Assembly (NCBI RefSeq): GCF_032444005.1
Contig: NC_091283.1
Location: 791,182,001 to 791,246,000, forward strand
DNA length: 64,000 nucleotides
Source: Ranitomeya imitator
Lineage: Eukaryota
Reading direction: 5' to 3'
Part shown: one piece after another, positions 35,941-47,922 of the stretch
Layout of the letters: each line of letters starts with the position of its first letter
Numbering within the stretch: the first letter of the stretch is position 1
Program-made: the position numbers and the translations under genes
Notes under the pieces: model-generated
Database searches by the model: none
Seen by the model: only the letters and a program-made list of their open reading frames with translations
Told to the model about the DNA's origin: nothing

Positions 35941-36403
35941 AAAAATGTCAAAACAATGGTATTGTCAGTGCCAGGCATTGAAGGATGTCAGCGGCTAGAC
36001 TACACATTGGTGAAGCTGTGAGAGATAATTTTGCTAGTGGTAGAGCACTGTTTGAGCTGGGGGGGGGAACTGTCTTGTGGCCGGCGGTACAGGCACAGGG
36101 CCCCTCATATTACAACGGTGTGTCTGACGTTGGGTGCGCACCACCACCGCCAGAGACACTTTATTGTACTATGAGGGACCCAGTGGCAGTGCCGTCGACC
36201 AAAAGCGGCCACACCCACCTCTTCAGACAAACAGCACTCTCAAGGGTCCAAGCGCAAAGTGGCGATAGCACGGCCCCGTGTGGGGAGTTTGGCCATTTCG
36301 TGAGGTGGAAACATGTCGTATGCTGGACAATCAGGTGAAGAAAATTACGAGATTGGAAAAGTCATTCAGAATAGTCCACAGGCAAGACCTTTTCATAGGA
36401 AAG

Positions 36404-39400
36404 CTAGGTGTCAGCCGGGCAGGGTGGGGCAAAAGATTTTGAAATCCAGTTGTGGTTCATTTTAATGAAGGTTAGATCATCTACATTTTGGGTAGCCAGA
36501 CGAGTCCTTTTTTCTGTTAGTATTGAACCTGCAGCACTGAATACTCTTTCTGATAGGACACTAGCTGCCGGGCAAGCAAGCTCCTGCAATGCATATTCTG
36601 CCAATTCTGGCCAGGTGTCTAATTTGGATGCCCAGTAATCAAATGGGAATGACGGTTGAGGGAGAACGTCGATAAGGGATGAAAAATAGTTTGTAACCAT
36701 ACTGGACAAATGTTGTCTCCTGTCACTTTGAATTGATGCTGCAGTACCTGTCCTGTCTGCGGTCATAGAAAAATCACTCCACAACCTGGTCAGAAAACCC
36801 CTCTGTCCAACGCCACTTCTGATTTCTGCCCCTCTAACACCTCTGGTCTGCTGGCCCCTGGAGCTCGTGTGAGAACGATCACGGGCGCTGTGTGCAGGGA
36901 ATGCCAGAAGCAAACGGTCAACAAGAGTTGATTGTTTTGTTGCTAATATTAGTTCCAAGTTCTCATGTGGCATAATATTTTGCAATTTGCCTTTATAGCG
37001 AGGATCAAGGAGGCAGGCCAACCAGTAATCGTCATCGTTCATCATTTTTGTAATGCGTGTGTCCCTTTTGAGGATACGCAAGGCATAATCCGCCATGTGG
37101 GCCAAAGTTCCCGTTGTCAAATCTGCGGTTGTGCTTGGTTGAGGGGCAGTTGCAGGCAAATCTACGTCACTTGTGTCCCTCAAAAAACCAGAACCCGGCC
37201 TTGCCACGCCACCAATTTCCCGTGCCCCCGGGAAAGCTTCCTCATTAAAAATATACTCATCCCCATCATCCTCCTCATCCTCCACCTCCTCTTCGCCCGG
37301 TACCTCGTCATGTACACTGCCCTGACCAGACAATCGCTGACTGTCATCAAGGCTTTCCTCTTCCTCTGGTGCAGACGCCTGATCCTTTATGTGCGTCAAA
37401 CTTTGCATCAGCAGACGCATTAGGGGGATGCTCATGCTTATTATGGCGTTGTCTGCACTAACCAGCCGTGTGCATTCCTCAAAACACTGAAGGACTTGAC
37501 ACATGTCTTGAATCTTCGACCACTGCACACCTGACAACTCCATGTCTGCCATCCTACTGCCTGCCCGTGTATGTGTATCCTCCCACAAAAACATAACAGC
37601 CCGCCTCTGTTCGCACAGTCTCTGAAGCATGTGCAGTGTTGAGTTCCACCTTGTTGCAACGTCTATGATTAGGCGATGCTGGGGAAGGTTCAAAGAACGC
37701 TGATAGGTCTGCATACGGCTGGAGTGTACAGGCGAACGGCGGATATGTGCGCAAAGTCCACGCACTTTGAGGAGCAGGTCGGATAACCCCGGATAACTTT
37801 TCAGGAAGCACTGCACCACCAGGTTTAAGGTGTGAGCCAGGCAAGGAATGTGTTTCAGTTGGGAAAGGGAGATGGCAGCCATGAAATTCCTTCCGTTATC
37901 ACTCACTACCTTGCCTGCCTCAAGATCTACAGTGCCCAGCCACGACTGCGTTTCTTGCTGCAAGAACTCGGACAGAACTTCCGCGGTGTGTCTATTGTCG
38001 CCCAAACACTTCATAGCCAATACAGCCTGCTGACGTATGCCAGTAGCTGCCCCATAATGGGAGACCTGGTGTGCAACAGTGGCAGGTGCGGATGGAGTGT
38101 TTGTGCGACTGCGGTCTGTGGACGAGCTCTTGCTTCTGCAGGAGGACGAGGAGGAGGAGGAGGAGGGGGTGCGAACGGCTACAGACAACTGTTTACTAGA
38201 CCGTGGGCTAGGCAGAACTGTCCCAAACTTGCTGTCCCCTGTGGACCCTGAATCCACCACATTTACCCAGTGTGCCGTGATGGACACGTAACGTCCCTGG
38301 CCATGCCTACTGGTCCATGCATCTGTTGTCAGGTGCACCTTTGTGCTCACAGATTGCCTGAGTGCATGGACGATGCGCTCTTTAACATGCTGGTGGAGGG
38401 CTGGGATGGCTTTTCTGGAAAAAAAGTGTCGACTGGGTAGCTCGTAGCGTGGTACAGCGTAGTCCATCAGGTCTTTGAAAGCTTCGCTTTCAACTAACCG
38501 GTAGGGCATCATCTCTAACGAGATTAGTCTAGCTATGTGGGCGTTCAAACCCTGTGTACGCGGATGCGAGGCTAAGTATTTCCTTTTTCTAACCATAGTC
38601 TCATGTAGGGTGAGCTGGACTGGAGAGCTGGAGATCGTGGAACTAGCGGGGGTGCCGGTGGACATGGCAGACTGAGAGACGGTGGGAGATGGTATTGTTG
38701 CCGCCGGTGCCCTAGATGCAGTGTTTCCTACTACGAAACTGGTGATTCCCTGACCCTGACTGCTTTGGCCTGGCAAAGATACCTGCACAGATACAGCAGG
38801 TGGTGCGCTAAATGGTGGTCCTACACTGCCGGAAGGGATGTTGCGTTGATGACTAGCTTCATTGGCCGAGGGTGCAACAACCTTAAGGGACGTTTGGTAG
38901 TTAGTCCAAGCTTTCAAATGCATGGTGGTTAAATGTCTATGCATGCAACTAGTATTGAGACTTTTCAGATTCTGACCTCTGCTTAAGGAAGTAGAACATT
39001 TTTGACAGATGACTTTGCGCTGATCAATTGGATGTTGTTTAAAAAAATGCCAGACTGCACTCTTTCTAGCATCGGATACCTTTTCAGGCATTGCAGACTG
39101 AGCTTTAACCGGATGGCCACGCTGTCCTCCACCAGGTTTTGGCTTTGCCACGCGTTTTGGGCAAGATACGGGCCCGGCAGATGGAACCTGTGGCGATGTT
39201 GATGCCTGCTGCGGCCCCTCCTCCTCCTCTGCTTCAGAACTGCTGCCGCCTGCACCCTGTTCCCCCAATGGCTGCCAATCGGGGTCAAGAACTGGGTCAT
39301 CTAATAACTCTTCTTGTACCTCCTGCGCAACTTCGTCTGTGTCACCGTGTCGTTCGGTGGTATAGCGTTCGTGATGGGGCAACATAGTCTCATCAGGGTC

Positions 39401-39979
39401 TGATTCTTGATCAGCACCCTGCGAGGGCAATGTTGTGGTCTGAGTCAAAGGACCAGCATAGTAGTCTGGCTGTGGCTGTGCGTCAGTGCACTCCATGTCA
39501 GATTCAATTTGTAATGGGCATGGACTGTTAACTGCTTCACTTTCTAAGCCAGGGACGGTATGTGTAAAGAGCTCCATGGAGTAACCCGTTGTGTCGCCTG
39601 CTGCATTCTTCTCTGTTGTTGTTTTTGCTGAAGAGGACAAGGAAGTGACTTGTCCCTGACCGTGAACATCCACTAACGACGCGCTGCTTTTACTTTTACC
39701 AGTTTCACGAGATGAGGCAAAAGAGCTAGAGGCTGAGTCAGCAAGATAAGCCAAAACTTGCTCTTGCTGCTCCGGCTTTAAAAGCGGTTTTCCTAATCCC
39801 AGAAAAGGGAGCGTTCGAGGCCTTGTGTAGCCGGACGACGAACCTGGCTCCACAGCTCCAGACTTAGGTGCAATATTTTTTCCCCCACGACCACCTGATG
39901 CTCCACCACTACCACTACCCTCATTACCAGCTGACAATGAACGCCCCCGGCCACGACCTCTTCCACTAGACTTCCTCAT
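36404..39979 (-). CDS. hAT transposase (BED zinc finger, DDE catalytic domain, hATC dimerisation domain), 1191 aa, uninterrupted
   Basis: BED motif VWHFF..ICQKC..HRHLTTMH. Catalytic and structural motifs LTTDAW, VVSDNG, CLAH (CxxH), TRWNST and SVLSERVFS. Confidence 0.95.
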   Translation of the reverse strand: MRKSSGRGRGRGRSLSAGNEGSGSGGASGGRGGKNIAPKSGAVEPGSSSGYTRPRTLPFLGLGKPLLKPEQQEQVLAYLADSASSSFASSRETGKSKSSASLVDVHGQGQVTSLSSSAKTTTEKNAAGDTTGYSMELFTHTVPGLESEAVNSPCPLQIESDMECTDAQPQPDYYAGPLTQTTTLPSQGADQESDPDETMLPHHERYTTERHGDTDEVAQEVQEELLDDPVLDPDWQPLGEQGAGGSSSEAEEEEGPQQASTSPQVPSAGPVSCPKRVAKPKPGGGQRGHPVKAQSAMPEKVSDARKSAVWHFFKQHPIDQRKVICQKCSTSLSRGQNLKSLNTSCMHRHLTTMHLKAWTNYQTSLKVVAPSANEASHQRNIPSGSVGPPFSAPPAVSVQVSLPGQSSQGQGITSFVVGNTASRAPAATIPSPTVSQSAMSTGTPASSTISSSPVQLTLHETMVRKRKYLASHPRTQGLNAHIARLISLEMMPYRLVESEAFKDLMDYAVPRYELPSRHFFSRKAIPALHQHVKERIVHALRQSVSTKVHLTTDAWTSRHGQGRYVSITAHWVNVVDSGSTGDSKFGTVLPSPRSSKQLSVAVRTPSSSSSSSSCRSKSSSTDRSRTNTPSAPATVAHQVSHYGAATGIRQQAVLAMKCLGDNRHTAEVLSEFLQQETQSWLGTVDLEAGKVVSDNGRNFMAAISLSQLKHIPCLAHTLNLVVQCFLKSYPGLSDLLLKVRGLCAHIRRSPVHSSRMQTYQRSLNLPQHRLIIDVATRWNSTLHMLQRLCEQRRAVMFLWEDTHTRAGSRMADMELSGVQWSKIQDMCQVLQCFEECTRLVSADNAIISMSIPLMRLLMQSLTHIKDQASAPEEEESLDDSQRLSGQGSVHDEVPGEEEVEDEEDDGDEYIFNEEAFPGAREIGGVARPGSGFLRDTSDVDLPATAPQPSTTADLTTGTLAHMADYALRILKRDTRITKMMNDDDYWLACLLDPRYKGKLQNIMPHENLELILATKQSTLVDRLLLAFPAHSARDRSHTSSRGQQTRGVRGAEIRSGVGQRGFLTRLWSDFSMTADRTGTAASIQSDRRQHLSSMVTNYFSSLIDVLPQPSFPFDYWASKLDTWPELAEYALQELACPAASVLSERVFSAAGSILTEKRTRLATQNVDDLTFIKMNHNWISKSFAPPCPADT

Positions 39980-40299
39980 TGTTTTAAAAACGTAACCAAA
40001 CTAACGTTATTTGTTGCAGTCACACAACTTACACGGTGAGCTATAACTTCTGTATGATTTAGCTACCCCTTTACAGGTTGGTGAGACCACAGCGAAAATC
40101 AGGCCCAATGTTACACACTCTTTTTTTGGTGGCTGCAAATTAGAGAGATGCCCCACACGCAGGACTGTCACTGAAGCACAAATGTTAATATTAATGTCAC
40201 ACTATTATTTTTTTTTTATTTTTATTTTTTTCAGGAACACTTTAGAAACCCCCCAAAAAAAAAAAAATAGATTTTTGCAGGGAGAATTTAGAAAACAAA

Positions 40300-41603
40300 T
40301 GTAACAAACTATATGCTTTCTATGGGCCACTGAGTGAGAGATGACGCACACAGGAATCAGGAGTGGCACACAAGCCCAGAGGCCAATATTTTTCTACCAA
40401 TGATTGATGGAGTTATTTTCTCTGGTAGATTTTGGAACCCAAATCAAGGAAAAAAAATGTAGGCTTTCTATGGACCACAATTGGAGAGAGAGAGAGAGAG
40501 AGATGGCACACCCAGGAGTCAAGACTGGCACACAAGCAGAAAGGCCAATATTAATCTCCCACTGTTTTTTTTGGTTGTTTTTTTTTTTTTTTTTTTCAGG
40601 GAGACTTTAGAAAAAAAAATAATAAAAAAAATATGATTTTATCAGGAAGAATTTAGAAACCAAATAAAATAAAATGATTTTTTCAGGGAGAATTTAGAAA
40701 ACAAATAAAACCAAAAATAGGCGTTCTATGGCCCACTGACTGAGAGATGACGCACCCAGGAGTCAAGACTGGCACACAAGCAGAAAGGCCAATATTAATC
40801 TCCCACTGTTTTTTTTGGTTGTTTTTTTTTTTTTTTTTTTCAGGGAGACTTTAGAAAAAAAAATAATAAAAAAAATATGATTTTATCAGGAAGAATTTAG
40901 AAACCAAATAAAATAAAATGATTTTTTCAGGGAGAATTTAGAAAACAAATAAAACCAAAAATAGGCGTTCTATGGCCCACTGACTGAGAGATGACGCACC
41001 CAGGAGTCAAGACTGGCACACAAGCAGAAAGGCCAATATTAATCTCCCACTGTTTTTTTTGGTTGTTTTTTTTTTTTTTTTTTCAGGGAGACTTTAGAAA
41101 AAAAAATAATAAAAAAAATATGATTTTATCAGGAAGAATTTAGAAACCAAATAAAATAAAATGATTTTTTCAGGGAGAATTTATAAAACAAATAAAACCA
41201 AAAATAGGCGTTCTATGGCCCACTGACTGAGAGATGACGCACCCAGGAGTCAAGACTGGCACACAAGCAGAAAGGCCAATATTAATCTCCCACTGTTTTT
41301 TTTTTTTTTTTTCAGGGAGACTTTAGAAAAAAAAATAATAAAAAAAATATGATTTTATCAGGAAGAATTTAGAAACCAAATAAAATAAAATAATTTTTTC
41401 AGGGAGAATTTAGAAAACAAATAAAACCAAAAATAGGCGTTCTATGGCCCACTGACTGAGAGATGACGCACACAGGAGTCAGGAGTGGCACACAAACCCA
41501 GAGGCCAATATTTTTCTACCAATGATTGATGTAGTTATTTTCTCTGGTAGATTTTAGAACCCAAATCAAGGAAAAAAAATATAGGCTTTCTATGGACCAC
41601 AAT

Positions 41604-41652
<49 letters not shown>

Positions 41653-42990
41653 CACCCAGGAGTCAAGACTGGCACACAAGCAGAAAGGCCAATATTAATC
41701 TCCCACTGTTTTTTTGGTTGTTTTTTTTTTTTTTTTTTTTCAGGGAGACTTTAGAAATAAAAATAATAAAAAAAATATGATTTTATCAGGAAGAATTTAG
41801 AAACCAAATAAAATAAAATGATTTTTTCAGGGAGAATTTAGAAAACAAATAAAACCAAAAATATGCGTTCTATGGCCCACTGACTGAGAGAGAGAGAGAG
41901 ATGGAACGCTTAGTACTGGCACACAAGCCCAAAGGGCAATATTAATCTCCCTTTTTTTTTCCAGGGAGAATTTCTGAAACCCAAAAAAAAAATAAAATAG
42001 GCTTTCTATGGCCCACTATTTGTGAGAGAGATGGGACGCTCAGGACTGGCACAGATGGCACGCTCAGGACTGGCACAGAAGCCCAGAGGCCAATATTAAT
42101 CTCCCTTTTTTTCTGGGAGAATTTATAAAACCAAAAAAATATTTAAATAGGCTTTCTATGGCCCACTATTTGTGAGAGAGATGGCACGCTCAGGACTGGC
42201 ACAGATGGCACGCTCACAACTGGCACAGAAGCCCAGAGGCCAATATTAATCTCCCTTTTTTTCTGGGAGAATTTATAAAACCAAAAAAATATTTAAATAG
42301 GCTTTCTATGGCCCACTATTTGTGAGAGAGATGGCACGCTCAGGACTGGCACAGATGGCACGCTCACAACTGGCACACAAGCCCAGAGGCCAATATTAAT
42401 CTCCCTTTTTTCAGGGAAAATTTATAAAACCAAAAAAAAAATTAAATAGGCTTTCTATGGCCCACTATTTGTGAGAGAGATGGCACGCTCAGGACTGGCA
42501 CAGATGGCACGCTCACAACTGGCACACAAGCCCAGAGGCCAATATTAATCTCCCTTTTTTCAGGGAAAATTTATAAAACCAAAAAAAAAATTAAATAGGC
42601 TTTCTATGGCCCACTATTTGTGAGAGAGATGGGACGCTCAGGACTGGCACAGATGGCACGCTCAGGACTGGCACAGAAGCCCAGAGGCCAATATTAATCT
42701 CCCTTTTTTTCAGGGAGAATTTATAAAACCCAAAAAAAAATAAAATAGGCTTTCTATGGCCCACTATTTGTGAGAGAGATGGCACACTCAGGACTGGCAC
42801 ACAAGCCCAAAGGCCAATATTAATCTCCCACTGTATTTTTATCAGGGAGAATTTATACACCCCACAAAAAAAAATACAGAAAAATGAAAAGGCTTTCTAT
42901 GGCCCACTATGTGAGAGAGATGGCACACACAGGGATGGCACTCTAGCAGAAATGCCAAATTGCCAATCTTAATCTCCCACCAAAAAAAAA
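40300..42990. repeat. A/T-rich tandem arrays inside the hAT (~243-bp units at ~40500-41850; 150-bp units at ~42000-42900)
   Basis: Recurring TTCTATGGCCCACT, GGCACACAAGC and GGCCAATATTAATCTCCC motifs. GCTTTCTATG occurs at 42001, 42151 and 42301. Confidence 0.9.
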
Positions 42991-43475
42991 AAAAAAAAAA
43001 AAACAGGGAATGTCCTACAATTACTATCTCCCTGCCTGCAGTAATCTCAGCCAGGTATGGCAGGCAGCTACTATCTCCCTGCCTGCAGTAATCTCAGCCA
43101 GGTATGGCAGGCAGCAATAAGGAGTGGACTGATGCACAAATGAAATAAAAAGTGTGGACAAACAAAAAAGATAGCTGTGCAGAAAGGAAGGAACAAGAGG
43201 ATTTGTGCTTTGAAAAAAGCAGTTGGTTTGCACAGCGGCGTACACACAGCAATGCAGCTATCAGGGAGCCTTCTAGGGCAGCCCAATGAGCTACAGCGCT
43301 GAGGGGAAAAAAAAAAAAAAAAAAAATTCCACTGTCCCTGCACACCGAGGGTGGTGTTGGACAGTGCAAATCGCTGCAGCACAAGCGGTTTTGTGGTTAA
43401 TGGACCCTGCCTAACGCTATCCCTGCTTCTGACAAAGCGGCAGCAACCTCTCCCTAAGCTCAGATCAGCAGCAGT

Positions 43476-43620
43476 AAGATGGCGGTCGGCGGGAACGCCT
43501 CTTTATAGCCCCTGTGACGTCGCAGACAGCAAGCCAATCACTGCAATGCCCTTCTCTAAGATGGTGGGGACCAGGACCTATGTCATCACGCTGCCCACAC
43601 TCTGCGTTTACCTTCATTGG
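43476..43620 (-). promoter_or_regulatory. Candidate Pol II promoter of the hAT transposase
   Basis: On the minus strand, in order: CCAAT (43616-43620), a reversed CCAAT (43534-43538), a CRE-like TGACGTC (43515-43521), TATAAAG (43501-43507), then CGCCATCTT (YY1/initiator-like, 43476-43484). Confidence 0.55.
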
Positions 43621-44714
43621 CTGAGAAATGGCGCTTTTCGCGTCATTGAAACGCGACTTTGGCGCGAAAGTCGCGTACCGCATGGCCGACCCCGCACAGG
43701 GGTCGGATCGGGTTTCATGAAACCCCGACTTAGCCAAAAGTCGGCGACTTTTGAAAATGTTCGACCCGTTTCGCTCAACCCTAGTTCTGCTATCTTTAGT
43801 TTCTGTTTTCAGTTGGTTTCTGCAGCCATCTCCAAAATTGGAGGTAAAGCAACAAATATAAATAGATTACCATAGGGAAAAATGTATCTTAATAGTGTGT
43901 CCTATTGTGCCCTGCGGGTCCACTGTACTGACCCCTGCCTGGCAGCGGAGGTTGGTACCCTAAGTTTCAGCAGTAGGCGCCCCCACTCAACGACGGCTTG
44001 CCCTAATATCCTTACAAATCCCTATGGTAACTAGAATTGTGTCCCAATACACCCATTGCCCAAAGAAAAACAAGCAAAAAATACAAAAAATTTGGAAAAA
44101 CAAAAAATAATTAAATAGAGGGGATATTTGATCCTTAATATAGAGGCTATAATAGATAATTTACCTCTAAATATCCCTATTGAAACTCAAATGTCTAAAT
44201 GCAGTCTGGGCAAATAGATTGTAAAAAGATGTGCATTTGTCCTAGTACTTAATAATAAAAAGAGATGGACGGGGCTCTGCAATAAACGACCCTTTAGCTA
44301 TACATTATCCATAAAAGGGCTACACAGAATCACAGTTAAAGTAGCATCTGATGTGCATAGTATGGTACAATGAACTTGCATTCTTTTGAGCTATAATGGG
44401 TAACAGTTGTAGCGGAGATAGCCATCCACATAAAGTCACCGGTCAGACTCTATAAAGATTGTACTTTTCAACATCATAATACATAGTAGTGTCAAGGACA
44501 GGGCTCCGCAAAACCACAGCTCTTTAACCATGTATTGTCCATAATAGGGTTTCATACATAATCTTATAACGTATAGTAAATAGTTGTAATGATGTTTAAT
44601 TCATATATATAGTGCAATGATCATATACTCATCTGTGCTGTATTGCACCACCTCCAAGGCAGAGATCACCGTCCGACCTGAGCCACCAGTGAGCTTCATA
44701 TAGGAATGACAGCC

Positions 44715-45234
44715 CTAACAATGCCCAATGCGTACTGTCAGTCGGACTGACTGACCTTCATTTCTTAAAGTAATGATGGCCACTTGTTTTTCTTTACTTA
44801 GCAGCTTTTCTTCTTGCCATAATACAAGTTCTAACAGTCTATTCAGTAGGACTATCAGATGTGTATCCACCAGACTTCTGCACAACACAACTGATGGTCC
44901 CAACTACATTTATAAGGCAAGAAATTCCACTTATTAAACCTGACAGGGCACACCTGTGAAGTGAAAACCATTCCCGGTGACTACCTCTTGAAGCTTATCA
45001 AGAGAATGCCAAGAGTGTGCAAAGCAGTCATCAAAGCAAAAGGTGGCTACTTTGAAGAACCTAGAATATAAGACATAATTTCAGTTGTTTCACACTTTTT
45101 TGTTAAGTATATAATTCCACATGTGCTAATTCATAGTTTTGATGCCTTCAGTGTGAATGTACAGTTTTCATAGTCATGAAAATACAGAAAAATCTTCAAA
45201 TGAGAAGGTGTGTTCAAACTTTAGGTCTATACTG
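44715..45234. mobile_element. Internally deleted Tc1-like fragment (duplication copy 1)
   Basis: Ends ...GGTCTATACTG-TA. Contains a Tc1 C-terminal-like stretch (RMPRVCKAVIKAKGGYFEE). Confidence 0.65.
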
Positions 45235-45700
45235 TACATACCGATAATTTTTTTTTACTTACATTTTTTCACGTAAAAAAATAAAATATTTTTATCTTTT
45301 TTTTTAAACAATAAAAGGCCAATATTGTTTAAAAAGTAGCTGCTATTTGCTTACTACATAGAAAATAATAGTTCCCTATTGGACACAAAAAAATATGTAA
45401 AATTCAATTTAATAGAAAAATGTAAAAATTATTTGAACGTGAAAAATGGCACTGGTCATTGCAACATGAAATGTTTCCCGAGGCAAGAAAAACCCTTTAG
45501 CTAGCATTCATCTTACAAAAGATAAGATGGCAGATAAAAAAAGTTATCTGGCATGGTAGCTAATTCCAAAGTGACTTCGAAAATTGCTGTGGTGCAACAT
45601 AAGACAGGAATAAATCATACTACTCAAACTGCCGGTGAGTAATCACATGGCATGTCTCTTTAAGAAAGGAGAGATGACGATGGGTGGACATTCCCCACCA

Positions 45701-45707
45701 TATAAAA
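45701..45707 (+). promoter_or_regulatory. TATA box of the upstream YBX3 promoter copy
   Basis: TATAAAA ~170 nt upstream of the exon-1 ATG. Identical in copy 2. Confidence 0.55.
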
Positions 45708-45873
45708 GACACTGAAGGGCCATTTTTAGGTCAGTAAGATCAGTGACAGAAAGAGAACAAGACCGATCGAGGAAAGAGATCCCTCGAACTACCATCTGCA
45801 ATCCTCCCTGCCTCTCCTTCCCTCCTCTCCCAACACCATTTAGCAGGGAACAGAACAATAAGGATTCACAGTC

Positions 45874-45973
45874 ATGAGCGAAGGAACAGCTGAAGAACCA
45901 AAGCCCAAAACTCCAGGGACTGAACCAAGTGCGGCTGCCCCTGGTGCAGGCGAAGTGGAGAGGACAGTGCTAG
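45874..45973 (+). CDS. YBX3: Duplicated YBX3 coding exon 1, upstream copy (MSEGTAEEPKPKTPGTEPSAAAPGAGEVERTVL+A)
   Basis: Identical to 51030-51129, with intact ATG and GTGAGT donor. Phase 1 is compatible with exon 2 at 51581. Its use in transcripts is unproven. Confidence 0.6.
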
Positions 45974-46037
45974 GTGAGTATTGTAAACTAATTCTGCAGT
46001 AGTGTGAACTCACACCGCCCTACAACATGTTGATTTT

Positions 46038-47274
46038 ACAACAAAACAAATGAGGAACGAATGGGTGGAAACTGGAGTCAACGTCTGTGACTGAACTGCA
46101 AGAAACCGCCTAAAGCAGGGGTCTCCAACTCCAGTCCTCAAGGCCCACCAACAGGTCATGTTTTCAGGATTTCCTTAGTCTTGCCCAGGTAATAATTGCA
46201 TCACCTGTGCAATGCAAAGGAAATCCTGAAAACATGACCTGTTGGTGGGCCTTGAGGACTGGAGTTGGGGACCCCTGGCCTAAAGGAAATGGGATTTACA
46301 TACAGAAAAGCTAAACGAAAGCCATCATTACCACCTAAACAGAAAATAACAAGGTTACAATGGGCTAAGGAAAAGCAATCGTGGTCTGTGGATGACTGGA
46401 TGAAAGTCATATTCAGTGATGAATCGTGAATCTGTATTGGGCAAGGTGATGATGCTGGAACTTTTGTTTGGTGCCGTTCCAATGAGATTTATAAAGATGA
46501 CTGCCTGAAGAGAACATGCAAATGTCCACAGTCATTGATGATATGGGGCTGCATGTCAGGTAAAGGCACTGGGGAGATGGCTGTCATTACATCTTAAATA
46601 AATGCACAAGTTTATGTTGATATTTTGGACACTTTTCTTATCCAATCAATTGAAAGGATGTTTGGGGATGATTAAATCATTTTTCAAGATGATATTTCAT
46701 CCTGCCATAGAACAAAAATTGTGAAAACATTCCGTGAAAAAGACACATAAGGTCAATGTCATGGCCTGCAATTAGTCCGGATCTCAATCCAATTGAAAAT
46801 CTTTGGTGGAAGTTGAAGAAAATGGTCCATGACAAGGCTCCAACCTGCAAAGCTGATCTGGCAACAGCAATCAGAGAAAGTTGGAGCCAGATTGATGAAG
46901 AGTCCTGTGTGACACTCATTAAGTCCATGCCTCAGAGACTGCAAGCTGTTATAAAAGTCAGAGGTGGTGCAACAAAATACTAGTGATGTTTCGGAGTGTT
47001 TTTTTGTTTTTGTTTTTCATGATTTCATAATTTTTTCCTCAGAACTGAGTGATTCCATAATTTTTCCCCTATGCTTGATTAAAAAAAAGTAACCATTACT
47101 GACTACCACATTTTTTGTTCTTGATTTCTTTTAGGGTTTCTTAAAGCCAGAAAGTTGCCATTTGAAATGACTTTAGTTTTGTGCCATGTCTGTGATCTGC
47201 TTTTTTCTACAAAATTAAACAATTGAATGAACATCCTCCAAGGATGATGATTCCATAATTTTTGCCAGGGGTTG
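46038..47274 (+). mobile_element. 5'-truncated duplicate of the 27837-29521 Tc1
   Basis: Begins at the duplication junction and ends GCCAGGGGTTG-TA. Shares the GACTGA and GATTAA stops with copy 1. Confidence 0.9.
46116..46277. mobile_element. hAT-type MITE, 162 bp, private to copy 2
   Basis: ~60-bp TIRs CAGGGGTC(T/C)CCAACTCCAGTCCTCAAGG. 8-bp TSD GCCTAAAG (46108-46115, 46278-46285). Empty site at 28531-28538. Confidence 0.93.
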
Positions 47275-47352
47275 TATATGTCCCTCATCCTAGTAAATAT
47301 GGCTCCCATCCTGGACCCATGATGGCATATATGTCTCCCATCCTGGTATATA

Positions 47353-47922
47353 CAGTGGGGAAAATAAGTATTTGATACACTGCAGATTTTGCAAGTTTTC
47401 CCACCCACAAAGAATGTAGAGGTCTGTAATTTTTATCGTAGGTACACTTCAACTGTGAGACAGAATCTAAAAATAAAAACTAGGAAATCACATTGTATGA
47501 CTTTTACATAATTATTTCATGTACTAAAATGCAATTTAATTATTTCATCTTCTACCAACCAGCAAGAAGTCTGGCTGTCACAGCCCTATTAGTTTTTCTT
47601 TATGAAGCCCTCCTATTCAGCACTCATTACCTGTATTAATTGCACCTGTTTGAACTTAACACCTGTATAAAAGACACCTGTCCACACACACAATCAATCA
47701 CACTCCAACCTCTCCACCTTGGCCAAGACCGAAGAGCTGTCTAAGGACACCAGTGACAAAATTGAACACCTGCATATAACTGGGATGGGCTACGGGACAA
47801 TAGGCAAGCATCTTGGTGAGAAAGCAACAATTGTTGGCACAATTAGAAAATGGAAGAAACACAAGATGACTGTCAATCTTCCTTGGTCTGGGTTTCCATT
47901 CAAGATCTTGCCTTGTGGGTAA
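47353..47922 (+). mobile_element. Duplicate of the Tc1 5' fragment at 29600-30168
   Basis: Near-identical sequence; ORF 47719..47922. Confidence 0.75.

Larger units (their letters stand above)
31196..43783 (-). mobile_element. Autonomous-looking hAT transposon, 12,588 bp
   Basis: TIRs TAGAGTTGAGCGA / TCGCTCAACCCTA (12/13 match). 8-bp TSD GTTCTGCT (31188-31195, 43784-43791). Empty site with a single GTTCTGCT at 48941-48948. Confidence 0.95.
28461..46037 (+). repeat. Tandem segmental duplication, copy 1 (~4.98 kb plus the 12.6-kb hAT insertion)
   Basis: 28461-31195 aligns to 46038-48948 and 43792-46037 aligns to 48949-51191. Junction ...GTTGATTTT|ACAACAAAAC at 46037/46038. Confidence 0.93.

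Noticed and set aside
36404-39979. Domesticated ZBED-type host gene
   Set aside because: The ORF lies within intact TIRs with an 8-bp TSD and an empty site in the duplicate, so it is a transposon copy. No gene symbol assigned.
43800-44714. Another PLE/LINE 3' remnant on the minus strand within the duplicated unit
   Set aside because: Strand-biased A-rich composition is suggestive, but no TSD, hammerhead or coding motif could be identified.
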